This document shows positions 58,940 through 64,000 of a stretch of DNA of 64,000 nucleotides, in pieces. The stretch's first letter is position 1. Every line of letters begins with the position of its first letter. The notes beneath the pieces are model-generated. The model searched no databases. It was not told the origin of the DNA and was given only the letters and a program-made list of their open reading frames with translations. A program made the position numbers and the translations under genes. Source of the DNA: an uncultured Chloroflexia bacterium (GTDB taxonomy: Bacteria; Chloroflexota; Limnocylindria; Limnocylindrales; CSP1-4); contig CAWFXA010000001.1 of assembly GCA_963819655.1 (NCBI GenBank), positions 1 to 64,000 on the forward strand, written 5' to 3'.

Positions 58940-59121
58940 GACGTGCCTCCTTCATGGCTGAGCGTTTCTTCTAGGGACGACACGATTATCCCACCGACCT
59001 AGCCCCGAGGTCTTGAGGCGACGCGGAAACACCACGGTCATACGACACGCCTAGACTGGCCACGGGCCGGTGAGGCGAGTCAGCCACGCGGTAGCGGACA
59101 CCGGCTTATCGGAGGTCAGCC

Positions 59122-61296
59122 ATGGGCAACGCAACGACCGTGATCGACAAGCGCCCGACGCCGGCAGACCCGATGCCCGGCACGACGCTCGATCGCAGCA
59201 TTCCCGGGCCGAAACGGACGCTCCCGCCCGAGCTTGGCCCCGACGCGATCGCCGTGCTCGAAGGCCGCACGTTCATGTATTCCGACTCGGTCGGCGATGT
59301 CCCGAAGAACTCGATCGGCGGCCTCGTTCACGCCGACACTCGGTTTCTGAGCCGTTGGGCGTTGACCGTCAACGGGGCGCCGTTCCTCGTCCTGCGGGCC
59401 GGCACCATCGACTATTACTCGGCTGAGTTCTTCCTGACCAACCCGCGGCTCGACGGACTCGAGGCAAACAGCGTCGGCCTGCGCCGTCTTCGGTTCGTCG
59501 GGAATGGTCTCCACGAGCGGCTCGAGCTCGAGAGCTACCGGGACGAGCCTCTCCGGATCGAGCTGCGGCTCGCGGTTGACAACGACTTCGCCGACCTGTT
59601 CGAGATCAAGGACAAGGTCCGTGACCGCTCGGCCCAGATCGAGCGGACGCCCGCCACCGACCGATCCGGCCTGACCTTCCGCTACACCAACGAGACCTTC
59701 TCAGCGGAGACGACGGTCGAGGTCTCGGCCGCCGCGAGTCGGATCGACGGCGACGGACTGACCTGGGTCATCGACCTGCCGGCGCGAGGCCGTTGGGACT
59801 GCGAGCTGCACGTTCCGCTCAAGCTCGGCCCGCGCGAGCTCCAACCGATGCACGCGAGCTTCGGCGATGTGTTTGCCGTCGGGGCCGACGATCCCGTCGC
59901 CGCGTGGCTCGCCGAGCTGCCCCAGATCGAGACCGACTCGCACCTGCTGGGTGAGGTTGTCGGTCGGACGGCGCGCGACCTGATCGCGCTCCGGATCGAG
60001 GTGACATACGAGGATGAGACGATCCGACTGCCGGCCGCCGGCCTGCCCTGGTTCCTGACGCTCTTCGGCCGGGACACGCTGCTCAGCGCCTACCAGACGG
60101 TCGCCTTCGGGCCGGGCCTCGCCCAGGGCGCGCTCCTAGCCCTCGCCTTTTACCAAGCCGACAAGAGCGATGACTTCCGGGACATGGAGCCGGGCAAGAT
60201 CCTGCACGAGCTGCGGATGGGCGAGCTCACTCAGCTCGGGCTCAAGCCGCACAGCCCGTACTACGGCAGTGCCAATTCGACGCCGCTGTGGTTGATCCTT
60301 CTTTCTGAGTATTGGCGCTGGACCCACGACGAGAAGCTGATCGGCTCGCTGCGTAACAACGCTCTTGCGGCGCTCGCCTGGATCGATCAGTCCGGGGATC
60401 GCGACGGCGACGGTTACGTCGAATACGGGACACGCTCTTCTCAGGGCCTCGGGAACCAATGCTGGCGCGACTCGTACGACGGGGTCCTGTTCGCCGACGG
60501 GACGATCCCCTACCTGCCGATCGCGACGGCCGAGATCCAGGGCTACGTCTACGACGCCAAGCTCCGCATGGCAGAGCTGGCCGACGGGCCGTACGCGGAC
60601 CCCGCGCTGGCCGCCCGCCTGCGGAGCGATGCGGCCGCTCTGCGCGAGCGTTTCGAGCGCGACTTCTGGATCGACGCGCGTGGCGGGTACTACGCCATCG
60701 GGCTCGACGCCGACAAGCGACCGATCGATTCACTGACCTCGAACATCGGCCACCTGCTCTGGTCGGGCATCGTGTCGGACGAGCGAGCCGCGATCGTGGC
60801 CCGTCAGCTGATGTCCGACCCTCTCTTCTCGGGCTGGGGCGTCCGGACGCTGTCGACCGACGACGCTGGCTTCAACCCGATCGGGTACCACCGCGGCACA
60901 GTCTGGCCGCACGACAACTCGCTTATCGCCCAGGGCCTGACCCGGTACGGCTTCCGCGACGAGGCAAACCGGATCGCGCAGGCGATGCTGGACGCGGCAG
61001 CGTTCTCGGGCTACCGGTTGCCGGAGGCCTTCTCGGGTTACCCGCGATCACTCGCCCGCTTCCCGGTCCCATACCCGACAGCCTGCAGCCCGCAGGCCTG
61101 GGCGACCGGGACGCCGCCCCTGCTTCTGCGAGCGATGCTCGGCCTGGAGGCACGGGACGGGCAGGTGACGCTCGATCCGAGCCTGCCCGACGAGATCGGC
61201 CGAGTCTCGATCAGCGGCCTCCGGGCCTTCGGCACGCGCTGGGACGTGGAGGCGAAGGGTCGAAGCGGGAGCGTCCGCCCGGCCAGTCAGGGCTGA
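59122..61296 (+). CDS. Glycogen debranching/amylo-alpha-1,6-glucosidase family protein
   Basis: DTRFLS, AAGLPWF.TLFGRD, EPGKILHE, NQ.W.DS, YHRGTVWPHDN, CSPQAW. Confidence 0.9.
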   Translation: MGNATTVIDKRPTPADPMPGTTLDRSIPGPKRTLPPELGPDAIAVLEGRTFMYSDSVGDVPKNSIGGLVHADTRFLSRWALTVNGAPFLVLRAGTIDYYSAEFFLTNPRLDGLEANSVGLRRLRFVGNGLHERLELESYRDEPLRIELRLAVDNDFADLFEIKDKVRDRSAQIERTPATDRSGLTFRYTNETFSAETTVEVSAAASRIDGDGLTWVIDLPARGRWDCELHVPLKLGPRELQPMHASFGDVFAVGADDPVAAWLAELPQIETDSHLLGEVVGRTARDLIALRIEVTYEDETIRLPAAGLPWFLTLFGRDTLLSAYQTVAFGPGLAQGALLALAFYQADKSDDFRDMEPGKILHELRMGELTQLGLKPHSPYYGSANSTPLWLILLSEYWRWTHDEKLIGSLRNNALAALAWIDQSGDRDGDGYVEYGTRSSQGLGNQCWRDSYDGVLFADGTIPYLPIATAEIQGYVYDAKLRMAELADGPYADPALAARLRSDAAALRERFERDFWIDARGGYYAIGLDADKRPIDSLTSNIGHLLWSGIVSDERAAIVARQLMSDPLFSGWGVRTLSTDDAGFNPIGYHRGTVWPHDNSLIAQGLTRYGFRDEANRIAQAMLDAAAFSGYRLPEAFSGYPRSLARFPVPYPTACSPQAWATGTPPLLLRAMLGLEARDGQVTLDPSLPDEIGRVSISGLRAFGTRWDVEAKGRSGSVRPASQG

Positions 61297-61366
61297 TCCA
61301 CCATCTGCCGATGGAAGGCGATAGGGCGATGTCGATCTTGCTCACGCGGATGGCGGTCGGTGAGCC

Positions 61367-63212
61367 TTGACCGATCTGCAGCCCTATCCGCTCAGGCCGT
61401 TCGTGGATGCGCTGCCCATCCCGCCGCGTCGCGTCATCGAAGAGCCGACACGGCTGACGATCGGGCTCGAGGCCACGACCCACCGCTTCCACCGGGACCT
61501 CGAGCCCTCTCGGGTCTGGACATATGACGGGCACCTCCCCGGTCCGACGATCGAGGTCCGCCGCGGGGTCCCGCTCGAGGTCCTGTGGGAGAACCGCCTG
61601 ACCGGGACGTTGCCGGTGCTCGTGACCGTTGCGCCGACGCACGCCGCCGCTGGCATCCCGGTCCAGTCCGTTCCGGGTCGCAGTGGCGGCACCCCTGACC
61701 CGGCGGCGGCTGCGCTGCCGGGGTTCTCGGTGGTCCACGTCCATGGTGCGATGACACAGGCCAACAGCGACGGCTGGGCGGAGAATCTCACGGCTCCTGG
61801 CCAGTCGGCGCTCGACACCTACCCGAATGACCAGCGCGCGGCGATGCTCTGGTATCACGACCACGTCATGGGCGTGACGCGCTTCAGTGTGTACGCCGGC
61901 CTCGCCGGGCTGTGGATCGTGCGCGACGACCGCGAGCGAGATCTCGGTCTCCCCGAAGGCCCGCCCTATGAGCTTCCGCTCCTCCTGGCTGACCGCAACT
62001 TCGACACCGCGCCTCGGGGCGGCATGACCGGCGATCTGCTCCACAAGACCGATCCGGACGTGATGGAGTGCTTCGGCCCGTTCACCGTCGTCAACGGCGC
62101 GATCTGGCCACGGATCGAGGTCGAGCCCGCGACGTACCGGCTCCGCGTGCTGAACGGCTCGAACGCCCGCACCTACCGCCTCGTGCTCACGCGTGACGGC
62201 GAGCCCGATCAGGCGCGCATCACGCAGATCGGCACCGAGGGTGGGCTCCTCCTTGGGCCTGTCTCGATCCCGGCCCAGGGTCTCGTGCTGGCATCGGCCG
62301 AGCGAGCCGATCTCCTGGTCGACTTCTCCGACCTGTCGCCCGGAACTGAGCTCACCTTCTGGAACACCGCGACAGCCCCCTTCGACGGCGCCGCGGTCGC
62401 CCCGGCGACCGCCGGTCGTGTCGACATCGACGGTCTCCTGCCCTACCCGGAGGTGCTCCGGATCGTCGTGACCGAGGGGCGCGCTTCCCCGTATCGTGTG
62501 CCGCCGGTCCTGGCGACGGACTTTCGACGGACGAGCCGCGAGGAGCTCACGGGCGCCACCGTCCGGGCGATCGCGCTGGTCGAACAGGAGGCCGCGGTCC
62601 ATGGTGCACCGCCCTTGCTGACCATGCGCGAGCTCGAGCCTGTCGACGGTCCGGACGCCGCGGAGCCCACGCATCACGCTCGTGGAACGGCAAAGCAGCG
62701 GTGAGGACGGCGTCACGAACTGGCGCACCGTCGCCACGCGCTTCGAGGACAAGACGACCTTCTACCCGACGCTCCATCGACCGGAGATCTGGCGGCTCAT
62801 CAACCTGACCGGCGACACACACCCCATCCACGTCCATCTCGACGCGTTCCAGGTGCTCGACCGCTTTCCCGCCACGGTCGACGTCCCCGACGACGGGATC
62901 GCCACGACGTCCACGAGAGCGACCGTGCGCATCGGCCGGAGCCCCGACGACGGCATCCCGCATGCGCTCGACGACAACGAGGACGGACTCAAAGACACGG
63001 TCCGGGTCAACCCGAACGAGGTCGTCGACATCGTGGTGACGTTCAAGGTCTTCTCCGGCCGATACATGTACCACTGCCACATCCTCGAGCACGAAGACCG
63101 CGACATGATGCGGCCCTTCGTGGTGATGCCCGTCGAGCTCATGCCGTTCATGGACATGCACCAGGGCGGCACCAGGATGGCCGACATGAACTACGTGGCG
63201 GAACATCGGTGA
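61367..63212 (+). CDS. Multicopper oxidase, copy 2 (frameshift near 62670)
   Basis: HVHG, WYHDH, HPIHVH, HCHILEHED; close paralog of 4762-6596. Confidence 0.92.
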
Positions 63213-64000
63213 CCGCGCCTGGACGCACACCCATCCCACCGTCGCCTACGGGACCTCAGGCGACGCCGCCTGGAACCGGACCGGGCGAACGACCCGGCTT
63301 CCGGATCCCGCGCTGGCTGTCGCTCGCGGTCCTCGTCGGTCTGCTCGTGTGGAACGCATATCTGATCTTCGCGCCGATGGCAGTGCCATCCGTGGAGGTC
63401 CCGTACTCCACCTTCCTCGCGCAGGCCAAGGCCGACAACGTCGCACAGGTCACGTTCACCGACCAGGCCGTCAGCGGCACGTTCCGGACGGCCATCGCAG
63501 TACCCGCCGCCGGCCCCCGCGACGAGCCCACCGAGCAGTCCCTCCGCATCGCCAAGCCCAGCCGCCACTCCGGCGTCGTACGTGAACTTCACCTCGACAT
63601 TGCCGCCGATCGACGACCCGGTGCTGCTGCCGCTGCTCGAGAGCAACGACGTCGAGATCAACGCGACGGTGTCGGGCGGCGGGGTCCTCTCGGTCCTGCT
63701 GAGCATCGCGCTCAGCGTCCTGCCGCTGCTGCTGCTGGTCGGGTTCCTCGTCTACGCCGGCCGTCGGATGCAGCAGAGCCAGGCGGGCATCTTCGGGTTT
63801 GGCGGGTCCAGGGCGCGGGTCTACGACGCCGAGCGGCCCAAGGTCACGTTCGCCGACGTCGCCGGCCAGGACGAGGCCAAGACGGAGCTCGTCGAGATCG
63901 TCGAGTTCCTCAAGCATCCGGACAAGTACCGCCGCCTCGGAGCGCGCCTGCCGCGTGGCGTCCTGCTCATCGGCCCGCCCGGCACCGGCAAGACCCTCCT
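63209..64000 (+). CDS. ftsH: FtsH, copy 2 (runs off window end)
   Basis: GTGA overlap with the oxidase stop; 63350-64000 aligns with window positions 1-650 up to GPPGTGKT. Confidence 0.92.
   Translation, partial: MTAPGRTPIPPSPTGPQATPPGTGPGERPGFRIPRWLSLAVLVGLLVWNAYLIFAPMAVPSVEVPYSTFLAQAKADNVAQVTFTDQAVSGTFRTAIAVPAAGPRDEPTEQSLRIAKPSRHSGVVRELHLDIAADRRPGAAAAAREQRRRDQRDGVGRRGPLGPAEHRAQRPAAAAAGRVPRLRRPSDAAEPGGHLRVWRVQGAGLRRRAAQGHVRRRRRPGRGQDGARRDRRVPQASGQVPPPRSAPAAWRPAHRPARHRQDPP

Noticed and set aside
1180-62680. Programmed frameshifting in ftsH, both oxidases, AI-2E, sodN, deoR and ptsI
   Set aside because: These are single-base indels at unrelated sites with no slippery motifs, and the two oxidase copies break at different positions. 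Long-read consensus error or decay is more likely; read polishing would decide.
1589-62752. Long antisense and alternate-frame ORFs (for example 1589-3115, 31661-33022, 44331-45788, 47467-49002, 61211-62752)
   Set aside because: These are Arg/Gly/Pro-rich shadows of real genes, expected in high-GC DNA, with no recognisable motifs.

Overview
GC-rich (roughly 70% by eye) bacterial accessory region, probably from a long-read assembly, because many otherwise intact genes carry single-base indels. Gene content suggests a soil Chloroflexota or Actinomycetota host, which is inference only. The left half is a tRNA-Gln(CTG) integration hotspot: three direct copies of the tRNA 3' half (9049, 25321, 31505), two of them with a shared ~70-bp arm, plus a tyrosine-integrase remnant and many short gene stubs. 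Cargo is dominated by small-molecule detoxification and redox enzymes: epoxide hydrolases, alpha/beta hydrolases, VOC, SnoaL-like, MBL-fold, tautomerases, Ni-SOD and multicopper oxidases. Three intact and two truncated large AAA-ATPase/LuxR regulators are present. At least eight promoters share one architecture: a ~20-22-bp box ending in GCG(A/G), 17-18 nt, then a (T/G)AnnnT -10 element. The boxes fall into three sequence dialects, each found next to AAA-LuxR genes. Other modules are a MerR-controlled DUF2652/SRPBCC operon, an ECF41-type sigma factor, a complete mannitol-family PTS operon with a Zn-dehydrogenase and FruK instead of MtlD, and a tandem cytoplasmic HtrA-like pair. Paralogous FtsH and multicopper oxidase genes sit at both ends of the window. 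No CRISPR array, rRNA, intact tRNA or transposase was seen.
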